Notes: generated by a model from the sequence alone, not told the origin. Positions 38,099-47,227 are shown, counted from the stretch's first letter. The stretch: 48,964 nt of DNA from Candidatus Saccharimonadia bacterium (GCA_041743505.1 JBGTMQ010000008.1:135183-184146); one strand, 5' to 3'. Program-made: numbers and translations.

Positions 38099-39589
38099 TC
38101 ATTTTTGCTCCTCCATTAAATTACGGGTTATTTGAATTTTTTCTGCGATTATATTGACGAAATTGGTGTACTTAACAGATATGATACCGTCCTTTAGGGT
38201 TAAATTACTAAAAAGGTTGGACACTATGACGCGCTTTTGCTCCGGCGACTTGCGCGGGTATAGTTGAGCCGCTTTTTGCGATAGCTCCAGGAGCACTAGT
38301 CGCTGCTCTAATTGGCGTCCGGCTGACTCATCAAGCTTGCTAAGCCGCTTATTAAGTTCTGCCCTCTGACTTACGAACTGTTCATGTTTTTCCTCATACC
38401 TTTCTTGTGTTATTACTCCAGCAAGCTTGTCATCGTACAAACCATCATCCATCCGACTAATCCTGTCTAGCTGTGTCTGAATTGATGCGACCAGCTTCTC
38501 GCGGTTCTCAATGCTGTCTTTGTGTTGGCCTCTCATCGCATTAGCCACCCACTCGATAATCTCAGGAGAAGGACAAACCAGTCCTTCAAGCCGTGCTGTA
38601 ACCATTTCTTCGATACGATCTTCCCGAAGCATCTTGCCTTGCTTGCAAGCTTCACTAGTGCGCTTGCACACGCCATAGTAACGTCCTTTGTGTAGTTGCC
38701 ATGTGACAAGCGTGCCGCAGTCCTCGCAGCGAATAAGACCCTTGAACACCGAGTTATGTTTTACATAGACCAGCGGCCTCCCGCCATGCATCTTAAGCTG
38801 TACCGCTTCAAAGGTCTCTTTGCTAATAAGTGTTTCCTGAGCTCCGGGGTAATCTTTGCCATTATGGCGGTTTATGCCTATGTAAAATGGGTTCATCAGT
38901 AACTGCCGCACACGTTCTGTTACGTGAGGGCGTCCTTTTCTCGTCCTAAGGCCCATCAGCTCCATTTCTTTGGTTATCGTGATAAGGGAGTGGCTCGGCT
39001 CAAGGTATTTCTTAAAGACTTCTTGTATAAGGCTCTTCGTTTCTGGATTAGGAACATGTATGCGTTTACCGTTTTCAGTGATAGTCATGTAGCCTGGTGG
39101 CGGTACGCCAGGCAGCCAGCCTTGGGCTAGTTTTTCAGCCCAGCCCTTCATAGCCTCCTCGCGCAAGTTGTCGATATAGTTTTTCGACATCACGACTCGG
39201 ATGCCCCAATTGAGCCATTCTTGGGATCGTGAGCCTTTGTGCATCACTAGCGAGTCTTTTACAAAATGAACACGCTTAGCCTCGTCCGCCATGAGCCAGT
39301 CATGCGTCGCCACAGCATCATGTAGGTTGCGAACATGTCGATCTACCTTTTCAATAATAAGGTGTTTAACATTCTTATCTTCAATGTACGCCATTGCTTC
39401 TTTGAAAATATTTCGCTGGACAGCCTTGGAGGCAGACTCTGTGATCTTAAAAGTACACAAAACGGTCATGCCGTGACTTTCGCAATAGCCCAGCAAAGTT
39501 TTGACCTGAGAGTCAAGCGAATAGCCTTCGTCTTCTTGCCCCTTGCTTGATACTCTTGCGATTACTACTGCGGATAGTTGTTGAGTCAT
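38099..39589 (-). CDS. large serine recombinase (integrase)
   Basis: ARVSS...Q...YSLDSQ, ESAS, DRHVRN, PPPGY, NPFYIG, zinc ribbon CEDCG...C...C, coiled coil. Confidence 0.95.
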   Translation of the reverse strand: MTQQLSAVVIARVSSKGQEDEGYSLDSQVKTLLGYCESHGMTVLCTFKITESASKAVQRNIFKEAMAYIEDKNVKHLIIEKVDRHVRNLHDAVATHDWLMADEAKRVHFVKDSLVMHKGSRSQEWLNWGIRVVMSKNYIDNLREEAMKGWAEKLAQGWLPGVPPPGYMTITENGKRIHVPNPETKSLIQEVFKKYLEPSHSLITITKEMELMGLRTRKGRPHVTERVRQLLMNPFYIGINRHNGKDYPGAQETLISKETFEAVQLKMHGGRPLVYVKHNSVFKGLIRCEDCGTLVTWQLHKGRYYGVCKRTSEACKQGKMLREDRIEEMVTARLEGLVCPSPEIIEWVANAMRGQHKDSIENREKLVASIQTQLDRISRMDDGLYDDKLAGVITQERYEEKHEQFVSQRAELNKRLSKLDESAGRQLEQRLVLLELSQKAAQLYPRKSPEQKRVIVSNLFSNLTLKDGIISVKYTNFVNIIAEKIQITRNLMEEQK

Positions 39590-39606
39590 GCCTCATTCCC
39601 CGCGTT

Positions 39607-39804
39607 CTATGACGCGCCTTGTAATATTGACTCTTGGTGAGCATAGGAATCGTCCGCTAAAACCTCAAAGAAACAGATCAGTGATTCGCCTACCTCTCGG
39701 GCTTCTTCGCAAGTAACCGGGCGACCCTGCTCGACCTCAAGAATAAGCCGCAATGACTCAGTGCTATCCAACCCAGTTAATTTATCGCTATTCTCTGAAT
39801 TCAT
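39607..39804 (-). CDS. small acidic protein upstream of the recombinase
   Basis: ATG at 39804; LRLILEVEQGRPVTCEEAREVGESLICFFEVL; same strand as and directly ahead of the integrase. Confidence 0.65.
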   Translation of the reverse strand: MNSENSDKLTGLDSTESLRLILEVEQGRPVTCEEAREVGESLICFFEVLADDSYAHQESILQGAS

Positions 39805-39915
39805 TTTAGGCAACTATCCTTATTAGCTCAATTATACTATCCTAGCTAGCTCAGTTGCAAGAGTTTTATAGCCTTATTTCATATTCTCCTGGTGGGCTGC
39901 GCTATACTATTAAAT

Positions 39916-40314
39916 ATGAGACCTTTCACCGAAGACGAAGCTGGACGATTGCTAATAAACCCTTTCTACACTGTTACACTGAGAGACTATCTCTTTAAGG
40001 ATCGCAAACTATCGGGAGCCAAAGAGGACTGGGTACTTTTGAACTCAAAACTCATAGAAGATATGAGCGCTGATAAATGGCTTATTGAGTTTCTTGATGC
40101 TATTTCGCAGAAATCATCAGAATACGACGGTCACGACATTATAAATCCAGGGCATGTAGTTATCGTTTCGGATAGATTGCAGGGCGATCATGAGCCACTT
40201 GTTACTCATGAGGCATGGATAGAGGCTAATGTAAAAGCTATGAAAGAATATGGTACAGACAAGTGGCTCTGGCGTCTACTCGATGTACTCGAAACTGGCG
40301 GCCCAGAAAGTTAA
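39916..40314 (+). CDS. hypothetical protein with two internal repeats
   Basis: INP..(x)..W...N.K......DKWL...LD occurs twice; TATACT 7 nt before the ATG. Confidence 0.8.
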   Translation: MRPFTEDEAGRLLINPFYTVTLRDYLFKDRKLSGAKEDWVLLNSKLIEDMSADKWLIEFLDAISQKSSEYDGHDIINPGHVVIVSDRLQGDHEPLVTHEAWIEANVKAMKEYGTDKWLWRLLDVLETGGPES

Positions 40315-40328
40315 GGAGTAGTAATCTT

Positions 40329-40372
40329 ATATAAAGATAGAGGGCTACGCGATTAGCCCTCTATCTTTATAT
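40329..40372. repeat. 19-bp perfect inverted repeat, candidate oriT/origin or terminator
   Basis: ATATAAAGATAGAGGGCTA-6-TAGCCCTCTATCTTTATAT upstream of the relaxase-like gene. Confidence 0.8.
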
Positions 40373-40436
40373 CCTATATCTGTTAACCGCTCTACTCTTA
40401 TCTCTTTATATTTATATATACTATACTAGAGACACT

Positions 40437-41267
40437 ATGGCAGACACTAACCCACGGTACCGCAGACCACTCAATAGCAAACAACTCTACATACTGCATC
40501 TACTCTATCGCTTTCGCTTCGTAACCTCAGACCTATTAACCAAAACCCTCAACCTAAAAGACAAAAGTAAAATGAACCAACGCCTAAAAGTATTAACGCA
40601 GCAGGAATACATTGGACGTAAATATGAGCCTCACTATAGCCTAACTGGTAAGCACGCCATTTATTACCTGTTGCCTAAAGGCATTGCAGCCCTAAAGCAA
40701 ATACGTGATGAAAAGAAGTACGTCACTTCCGCTTTACACAACCTCCATAAAGATAAAACCGCCAAGGATCAATTTGCCGAGCATTCTTTAGACGTATTTA
40801 AAACCTATAATCGGCTAGCGGACATATATAGTAACAACCTAACATTCTTTTCTAAAAGTGAGCTTGCTAAATACAGTCATTATTTCCCAAAACCATTGCC
40901 AGATGCCTATATACGATTAGAGGTGGAGGGTGATGTTAAGCAGTATTTTATAGAAATAGCTCACACATCAAAGCCCTTATTTATAGTTACTAGAAGGGTA
41001 AAGCAATATGTTGAATATTCAGACGATGGAGAGTGGGAGAACACAAAGACCCTATTGCCTGCCGTCCTGCTAATTTGTGACACCCCAACTCTCCAAAAAC
41101 GGCTACAGAAGATCATGCCGATCATTACCGAAGATGCTGACACTGACGAATTGAAGATATATACAACTACGATGGAAAGACTAAATAATGCAGATAAGCC
41201 AACCAATGACGCTATATGGCTTAATGCTGTTGATGGTGGGGGTGAGCTTTCTCTAAGGAATATTTAG
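40437..41267 (+). CDS. replication-relaxation family protein
   Basis: LYRFRFVT..L, RL..L, Y.L..KG wHTH followed by PDAY...FIEI nuclease-like motif. Confidence 0.8.
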   Translation: MADTNPRYRRPLNSKQLYILHLLYRFRFVTSDLLTKTLNLKDKSKMNQRLKVLTQQEYIGRKYEPHYSLTGKHAIYYLLPKGIAALKQIRDEKKYVTSALHNLHKDKTAKDQFAEHSLDVFKTYNRLADIYSNNLTFFSKSELAKYSHYFPKPLPDAYIRLEVEGDVKQYFIEIAHTSKPLFIVTRRVKQYVEYSDDGEWENTKTLLPAVLLICDTPTLQKRLQKIMPIITEDADTDELKIYTTTMERLNNADKPTNDAIWLNAVDGGGELSLRNI

Positions 41268-41319
41268 CACGCAAAAAGCCCGGAAGCCGCTCAAAGCAAA
41301 CTCCGGGCCCCTGCGTTCC

Positions 41320-41640
41320 TTAATACTCGCTCGCCAGCATAACGGTCATTACTCGCCGACAATCCGGCGATAACGGCTCCTCGCCGTATTTCAGCTCCTG
41401 ATCATAGTAATCTATCTTCCAGAATACTTTCTCACCGTACCAGATGATCTTTCCGAAATCGTGTTCACCATAGGGATCATTCACTTCTTTAAACTCTTCA
41501 AACGTACAAACTTGCTCAATGAGTCCTGGCAAATCTTCCAGTGTTTGCACGCCCGGTGTTACCACAATCCCGCGTCCACTGTGGCGAAACATATCATTAA
41601 GCTTTGCGACCCGCATTGCATAATCTGTGTCTACATTCAA
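41320..41640 (-). CDS. DUF3768 family protein
   Basis: LND.FR, T.GV, NDPYGEHDFG, FWKIDYYD, RVMTVMLASEY; SD GAGGAGG. Confidence 0.9.
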   Translation of the reverse strand: MNVDTDYAMRVAKLNDMFRHSGRGIVVTPGVQTLEDLPGLIEQVCTFEEFKEVNDPYGEHDFGKIIWYGEKVFWKIDYYDQELKYGEEPLSPDCRRVMTVMLASEY

Positions 41641-41684
41641 GTAAAACCTCCTCGTAAAGTTATTTCTGACTTTCTGAGCGTATC

Positions 41685-41806
41685 GACCTCCCGCTCTGTC
41701 GAACGGGCAAGGGTAAAATTGACCGCGTCAAGGTGGAGCTCCCAACGCGAAGAACGACCTTGAGGCGGTCAGTTTTACCCTTATAATTAAGAGACAGTGG
41801 GAGGTC
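41685..41806. promoter_or_regulatory. long hairpin, Frpo/ssi-like single-stranded promoter or origin
   Basis: arms 41709-41734 and 41757-41782 match 24/26, plus an outer stem; TTGAGG-16-TATAAT on the 3' arm with the -10 largely unpaired. Confidence 0.7.
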
Positions 41807-41823
41807 TAGGCTAGACTAGAGGC

Positions 41824-42909
41824 ATGACCGATATAAGCAATAGAAAGAAATTTAGTTTTGACCACTTAACCCCAACAGAATTTGAAGAATTTTGTTTCAG
41901 ATTGCTTAAACTTATGGGGTTTAAAAACGTAAAGTGGCGAAAAGGCACAGGCTTTGACGCTAGTCCGTCTGACCAGGGGCGCGACATCGAGTGCGACCGA
42001 CTTATTGACGATATAGACGGCAAAGTCCACGTAGAAAAATGGTTTGTAGAGTGTAAGCACTACAAGGAGGGTGTCCCGCCAGATAAAATTGCAGGCGCAC
42101 TGGCTTGGGCCGAAGCCGAAAGTCCCGATGTTCTAGTAGTTATTGCTTCAAACTTCTTTTCAAATCAAACAGTAGAACACTTAAAGAAATATAGACAAAA
42201 TCGTAAGCCTCATTTTCGAATCAAAGAATGGGAGCTCCCTGATCTTGAGGAATATTCTAATGACAAACCGTTACTGTTAAGTGTCTTCGGCCTGTCAGCT
42301 GGGTTGGCATTTCTCAATATTATGCATCCCGCACATTTAGAGTATATGAAGAGCACCCAACTTAATACGCTCGACTATTTTTTTGTGTGTATGGATGAAC
42401 TTGAAGAAGGCAAACGTAACGAGATCGCTAGTTGGCTATATATGCCAATAATACAGGCTCGCAGCCGTGAGCCAATTAATGATAAGGAGACTCTGAAAGA
42501 TTTACTAATCGATCCAGAGGGTTACGAAACCTTTAAGCAGAAATGCTATGCAATACTTAACGACGGACTTATTCCTGATCCTTGGTTTACGTCTTTTCTT
42601 GTTAGTCATTTACTCCAGGCCACTTTCGGACATGGCAACACGACGGCTATAAACAGTGCCGTGCAACGCATGAAAGACTCGCTCGCTTTCATGGATGAGT
42701 TAGAGAAAGATTCGCCAGATAAAGCTGAAGCAGCGCACATTAAAGAAGCCCGACTTAGATTTAAAAAACACCTCAAAGAAACACCAGATAGAATACGTGA
42801 GGGTTATAAAATTTATGAATACTTCTGCGAAGAAGTGGTAACTAAGCTTCTGCAAGAAGAAATGATGCGAAGCTATGTTAAGCATGAATCGAAAGATTTA
42901 AGCTCGTAA
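41824..42909 (+). CDS. Mrr-like restriction endonuclease domain protein
   Basis: LTPTEFEEFC..LL..MGF, DQGRDI, VECKHY; unrecognised helical C-terminal half. Confidence 0.85.
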   Translation: MTDISNRKKFSFDHLTPTEFEEFCFRLLKLMGFKNVKWRKGTGFDASPSDQGRDIECDRLIDDIDGKVHVEKWFVECKHYKEGVPPDKIAGALAWAEAESPDVLVVIASNFFSNQTVEHLKKYRQNRKPHFRIKEWELPDLEEYSNDKPLLLSVFGLSAGLAFLNIMHPAHLEYMKSTQLNTLDYFFVCMDELEEGKRNEIASWLYMPIIQARSREPINDKETLKDLLIDPEGYETFKQKCYAILNDGLIPDPWFTSFLVSHLLQATFGHGNTTAINSAVQRMKDSLAFMDELEKDSPDKAEAAHIKEARLRFKKHLKETPDRIREGYKIYEYFCEEVVTKLLQEEMMRSYVKHESKDLSS

Positions 42910-42911
42910 CA

Positions 42912-43961
42912 TCATTTGCTGCGCTGCGCGTCGATATAACTCAAAATGCAATAACGAACCAAGTCTTCGAAAAAATGAATGTATGGCAATTTCTTTTCGG
43001 CAGCGAATTTTCGTTTACCTATATACATGCCGGCACTACTATCCGTATCCCAATCAAACTCTTCAAATGGCGTGCTTAGGTACATATTCTCGCCATCATG
43101 TAGATATGCCGAACGAGCATCGTATATGGCGGATAAAACTTTGTTGAGATCGGTGCGTTTTATATGTAGATCGGGAGCATTAAACTTACCACCTTTAAAA
43201 TAGCCTTTTGAATGCTCCTCTATAAATCTTATAAACTTACGCTTGGTCTTTCGGTTCTTAATTAAACTTTTAAGTTCTGCCCGCTGCTCTATAGTGAAGC
43301 GACTAATGTCTCCGAGATCGTAGAGTGGATCGTCGCCCTTATTGAGCTCATAGGATACTGACAATACCTCGATGGCGGATACAAGTTTTACAAACACCAT
43401 TTCAGGGTCAAGGCCAATCTGTCTTAAAGCCGAATTATAGTTACTGGCGGCCTTCATGATTGAAAGATGTTTTTCTTCTGGTAGACCTATGACTTTATCA
43501 AGAAACGCGGGGAAATCGGTAAAGTTGCGCCCCTCGCCCTTGAAAACTTTTTTGTCCCAATGTGTGGGCACTCTTTTACGCATAATTTTATTTACGGTTC
43601 TTGTCTGTGCCCCTCTCTCCGTAATCTCGCCACCTGTTGTAGTAGTATGGTAAAACCTAGCTTGATAAAATAACGCGAATAAAGACGCGAGTTCGTCTGC
43701 TATACCGCCTGGATGGTAGTAGGCATCTTCACTAGCGTCATCAAGGTTAAGCGGTTCTTCGGGTTCGGTGGCAAAAAGTGCTTTCACCTGATAGGTGAAT
43801 AGATCGTGAGGCTCTGGCGTCTCGATTAATGGGCTTATGAGTAGAGTACCTCCAAAATAATCAGTACTACCTGTTATATGCGCTTCGGAGACAAATTCAT
43901 AAATCTCAGCATCGCATTTTTCTTTTGGTGCTAAATGCTTTAGATCGAGATTTAGATACAT
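42912..43961 (-). CDS. HEPN-domain protein (ApeA-like), putative defence RNase
   Basis: LVSAIEVL and IYDARSAYLHDG (Rx4H) motifs. Confidence 0.75.
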   Translation of the reverse strand: MYLNLDLKHLAPKEKCDAEIYEFVSEAHITGSTDYFGGTLLISPLIETPEPHDLFTYQVKALFATEPEEPLNLDDASEDAYYHPGGIADELASLFALFYQARFYHTTTTGGEITERGAQTRTVNKIMRKRVPTHWDKKVFKGEGRNFTDFPAFLDKVIGLPEEKHLSIMKAASNYNSALRQIGLDPEMVFVKLVSAIEVLSVSYELNKGDDPLYDLGDISRFTIEQRAELKSLIKNRKTKRKFIRFIEEHSKGYFKGGKFNAPDLHIKRTDLNKVLSAIYDARSAYLHDGENMYLSTPFEEFDWDTDSSAGMYIGKRKFAAEKKLPYIHFFEDLVRYCILSYIDAQRSK

Positions 43962-44142
43962 GTACTGAATATAGCAATAGGTGCTCAGTTTGCATAACTG
44001 TAGATCACTGACTTAATTTCGTAACTTTCATTTGTACCCAAATGGAAGTTGACCTATTTGCCGAAGGAAAATAGGTATCTGCAAGGATTAACGGTACTTA
44101 GCGAGAAGGAATGTTTTGCTTCGTAGGCCAGCTTAACTTTTC

Positions 44143-44336
44143 CTAATCCGCCTTCTTGAGTGTATAAACCTTCCACTCCACTGGTTCGCCGCTAACCTCG
44201 CCTTTTTCAATTTCTCGACGTTGCCGACGATTTCACCATCCCGCTCAATCATCCAACTGTATCGGTCGTCCTCCTCGAACATATTTTTGAGATGCTAACC
44301 TCATCCTCGAGAGTCATCTTGGAGAAATCCGCACCG
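44143..44336 (-). pseudogene. GNAT (RimJ/RimL-like) acetyltransferase remnant
   Basis: broken frames give LGADFSKMTLEDEV / HLKNMFEEDDRYSWMIERDGEIVGNVE / IEKGEVSGEPVEWKVYTLKKAD*. Confidence 0.5.
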
Positions 44337-44396
44337 AGACCCCGAGTTCACGAGCCGCAATTGCAGCATGCTGCGAAAAACTGAGCCACAGCGACT

Positions 44397-44687
44397 CTAG
44401 GTGGTAAGATAAACTAAATAGACCAAACCAACGAAGATCACAAGGTATAAGATGGCTATACTATTATGTCGGACATAGACTGGACGTCGTTCAGGCGATA
44501 GAGACCAGTATTTGTGCCACACCTGGAGTACCCAACTGCCAAACCAAACTGCGATTAGGAGAACGAAAAGAGCAACTCCTAAAATCGGATCAGATGAGAC
44601 TACAGGCCTGATAAAATAGTAGCCTAGAAGACTCGCCACTACAGCGGCGGTTAACAATACTATGTATCTCTTTGCGGTCTCGATCAT
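44397..44687 (-). CDS. small membrane protein (3 TM)
   Basis: three hydrophobic segments, 96 aa. Confidence 0.65.
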   Translation of the reverse strand: MIETAKRYIVLLTAAVVASLLGYYFIRPVVSSDPILGVALFVLLIAVWFGSWVLQVWHKYWSLSPERRPVYVRHNSIAILYLVIFVGLVYLVYLTT

Positions 44688-44748
44688 CCGACAAGACTTT
44701 CTATGCCATTATGGGGTTTAAATTTCCGATTTTAAGCCAGAACAGAAA

Positions 44749-45117
44749 CTACCGCGCCTCTTGTGTCGAACGTCCACCAAAGCGATTACTGGTAATAAGC
44801 AAAGTAAATAGAGCCGCCAGCGCTACTAGCAGCCATGGTAGCTGATCAATGCTGCTCTTTTGGGCAAAGATCCACCAAGCAATCACTAGGGGTGTGAGTA
44901 CCGCAAATAAGATTCTGCAGGCACGGGGTGACATAAGGTGTTCTTTTTTATCAATATATACGTTTCGCTTAGACCAGTATGTTAAAAGACCAAATATAAT
45001 AAACCCTACAGAGGCAACAGTTTTTCGGCCAATCGGTGCAAACAGCAATAAAGCCGAAGAGATTAAAGCGTATTGTAGAAGAAAACCTAGAATAACTCTA
45101 TTGGGTGCAAATTTCAT
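44749..45117 (-). CDS. small membrane protein (4 TM)
   Basis: four hydrophobic segments, 122 aa. Confidence 0.7.
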   Translation of the reverse strand: MKFAPNRVILGFLLQYALISSALLLFAPIGRKTVASVGFIIFGLLTYWSKRNVYIDKKEHLMSPRACRILFAVLTPLVIAWWIFAQKSSIDQLPWLLVALAALFTLLITSNRFGGRSTQEAR

Positions 45118-45161
45118 AATGTCATATTATATCATGGTATATCGTAATTACAAATTAATAA

Positions 45162-45195
45162 GCCCCAAGAAACACGAGTTGGCGTTTCTTGGGGC
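45162..45195 (-). terminator. hairpin after the secreted protein gene
   Basis: GCCCCAAGAAAC / GTTTCTTGGGGC. Confidence 0.7.
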
Positions 45196-45208
45196 ACGAG
45201 CGTAGTGG

Positions 45209-45823
45209 CTAGCCACATTGTTCAAGCCACACCGGGACATTGTATCCGAAACCAAACGGTATCTGACCGTTGGTAACAGCCTGCAGGTTCTCTACGCTAT
45301 TATTGAGGTAATTGGCTACCCAGGCAGGCGGCAGGGTAAAGCCGAGGCATTGGTCTCCCGGAAGATACGTTCCTACGGCTCCTCCGATACCAGCAGTCAA
45401 TGAGTCCCGCACCGCAGGGCTCATTGACTGAAGAGCTGTACGTACCATCGGTGTTACTAAACCAACAACATCCCTTCCAAATGAACCACCTGCACCACCG
45501 GTGGCGGCAAACACTATCTGGGTGGTGCGATTAGTGAGTCGGACCTCAAAACCATTCTGGCCGAGGTAATATCTGCCTCCAGGAAAGTAACGGGCCGCGC
45601 CGTCTCTGATTTCGGGGATGCGGTGCTGAACAATCTGGGCCCAGTAATCAAAATCGGCATCGGAAGGTGAGGTTTGAAGGTTAACAGTCGTACTAATGTA
45701 GCTTACCGTTTGAGCCTGTGCATTATGACCAACGTTGCCAGCTACCGAAAATGCAAGAACCAGCGCCATCAAAAGCGCCGCAACCACAAAATTCGAACCA
45801 AGCTGCCGCAGTATTCTGGTCAT
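45209..45823 (-). CDS. secreted protein with Gly/Ala-rich central region
   Basis: ATG 45823 behind GGGGGAG; signal peptide ending AQA; promoter TTGACA-17-TACTAT at 45875-45903. Confidence 0.8.
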   Translation of the reverse strand: MTRILRQLGSNFVVAALLMALVLAFSVAGNVGHNAQAQTVSYISTTVNLQTSPSDADFDYWAQIVQHRIPEIRDGAARYFPGGRYYLGQNGFEVRLTNRTTQIVFAATGGAGGSFGRDVVGLVTPMVRTALQSMSPAVRDSLTAGIGGAVGTYLPGDQCLGFTLPPAWVANYLNNSVENLQAVTNGQIPFGFGYNVPVWLEQCG

Positions 45824-46111
45824 GCCATCTCCCCCTAAGATGTAAGGTGCGAGGATTGTTCCTCTGGTCGGCAAATAGTAACAGAGGAATGCTCTAGTGT
45901 CAAATCCAAATGCTTGCATTCTACAAACAAACATGGAGGTTAAGGGATTCAGGTACTGCTTGTGCAGTAACGTAGATGCAGCCATAATAGCGCGCTGAGA
46001 CGACTATGCTTTTATGGAGCTATCACAAGTGACGCAACTGTTCCATAATGGTGGTGTGCTTAAAATTAGATGCGACCGGAAGGAATATCTCAATTTTAAA
46101 GCGAGAATAAT

Positions 46112-46648
46112 ATGAAAAGCATTAACCTTGATCAATTCAATGAATTAATCAAAAAGGCAACCATCAAACCTCGTCTTAAGCGCGAGCTACGCTTTGTAAC
46201 GAGCACAACAAATATTGCGCCCGAGGACTGGCAGGAGCTAGAGCTTGTCGCTATTGCTGACCGGACTGGTGCTAAAGGCGTGCTCTTACTCGCGCCTAGT
46301 GATGACCTATTTATATTTCCATATGAGTTATCTACAAGGGCGCTCACCAATCGGCAAACCGGCCGATCCCAGCCTATCATCTGCGACCTTTGCCGTACTT
46401 GGCAAGCTGGCAGTAATGCGGCAGTCATTAGTTTTAGAAAAGATACGCAATCCATGAACAGCGTTAGTTATCTTTGCTGTGCCGATTTAGCTTGTAGTAA
46501 CCATGCCCGAAGCAAGACCACTGCTTCAATTGCCTCTCGGGCTCAGTTGCACGAAGACCTCACTAATGGGCAAAGAGTTGAACGTCTAAAGAACCAGCTA
46601 CAAAAGCTTACTGATAATATAGGCTTAGAGCCGGTTAACCTTGAGTAG
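46112..46648 (+). CDS. FBP/FusB C-terminal treble-clef zinc-finger domain protein
   Basis: CDLC.TW ... SVSYLCCADLACS..AR. Confidence 0.8.
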   Translation: MKSINLDQFNELIKKATIKPRLKRELRFVTSTTNIAPEDWQELELVAIADRTGAKGVLLLAPSDDLFIFPYELSTRALTNRQTGRSQPIICDLCRTWQAGSNAAVISFRKDTQSMNSVSYLCCADLACSNHARSKTTASIASRAQLHEDLTNGQRVERLKNQLQKLTDNIGLEPVNLE

Positions 46649-46684
46649 AAACTTAACGGTCACTGCGCTAAGATTAAAATACGT

Positions 46685-47224
46685 ATGGAAAAACGCGAAC
46701 TGAAAATTGATGTCATCAAACCCTTTGGTAATTTGTTTCGCAAGAGATGCGTGCTCATAGCAGCCCAGGATAGTGAAGGATATATTCTCATCGGCGCTAA
46801 GCCCTCCTTTTACCCACCAACGATCTCCCGTTTGCTTGGCGGTGGTGTAGATGAAGGTGAAACATTTGAGCAAGCTGCCATACGCGAACTTGAAGAAGAG
46901 CTCGACGTTATTGTAGAGCCGGGTCATCTTGCACCCTTGATACTATTTGCCACTACTGCCACGGACGAGACTGGCAAAGAATATCACAATGAAACTGCCA
47001 TTTTCCAGGCTAGTATCGGTAATCAGGCATATCAAGCTGGGGATGATGTGAAGCACATTATCAAAATGACCACCGATGAGCTTTATGAGCTAGGTCAACG
47101 GTATGAACAGTTGTTAGAAGTGCTTTGGTTTAAAGACAAAGAAGATTCGTACAGTTGGGTGGATTACGCCAAGCTCTATGGGCCAGTGCATAAAATAGTG
47201 GCTGAGAAGATCAGGGAGCAATGA
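46685..47224 (+). CDS. NUDIX hydrolase
   Basis: GGGVDEGETFEQAAIRELEEELD. Confidence 0.9.
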   Translation: MEKRELKIDVIKPFGNLFRKRCVLIAAQDSEGYILIGAKPSFYPPTISRLLGGGVDEGETFEQAAIRELEEELDVIVEPGHLAPLILFATTATDETGKEYHNETAIFQASIGNQAYQAGDDVKHIIKMTTDELYELGQRYEQLLEVLWFKDKEDSYSWVDYAKLYGPVHKIVAEKIREQ

Positions 47225-47227
47225 TAC

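Noticed and set aside
45824-45985. N-terminal 54 codons of ORF 45209..45985
   Set aside because: They contain the promoter and SD of the real start at 45823
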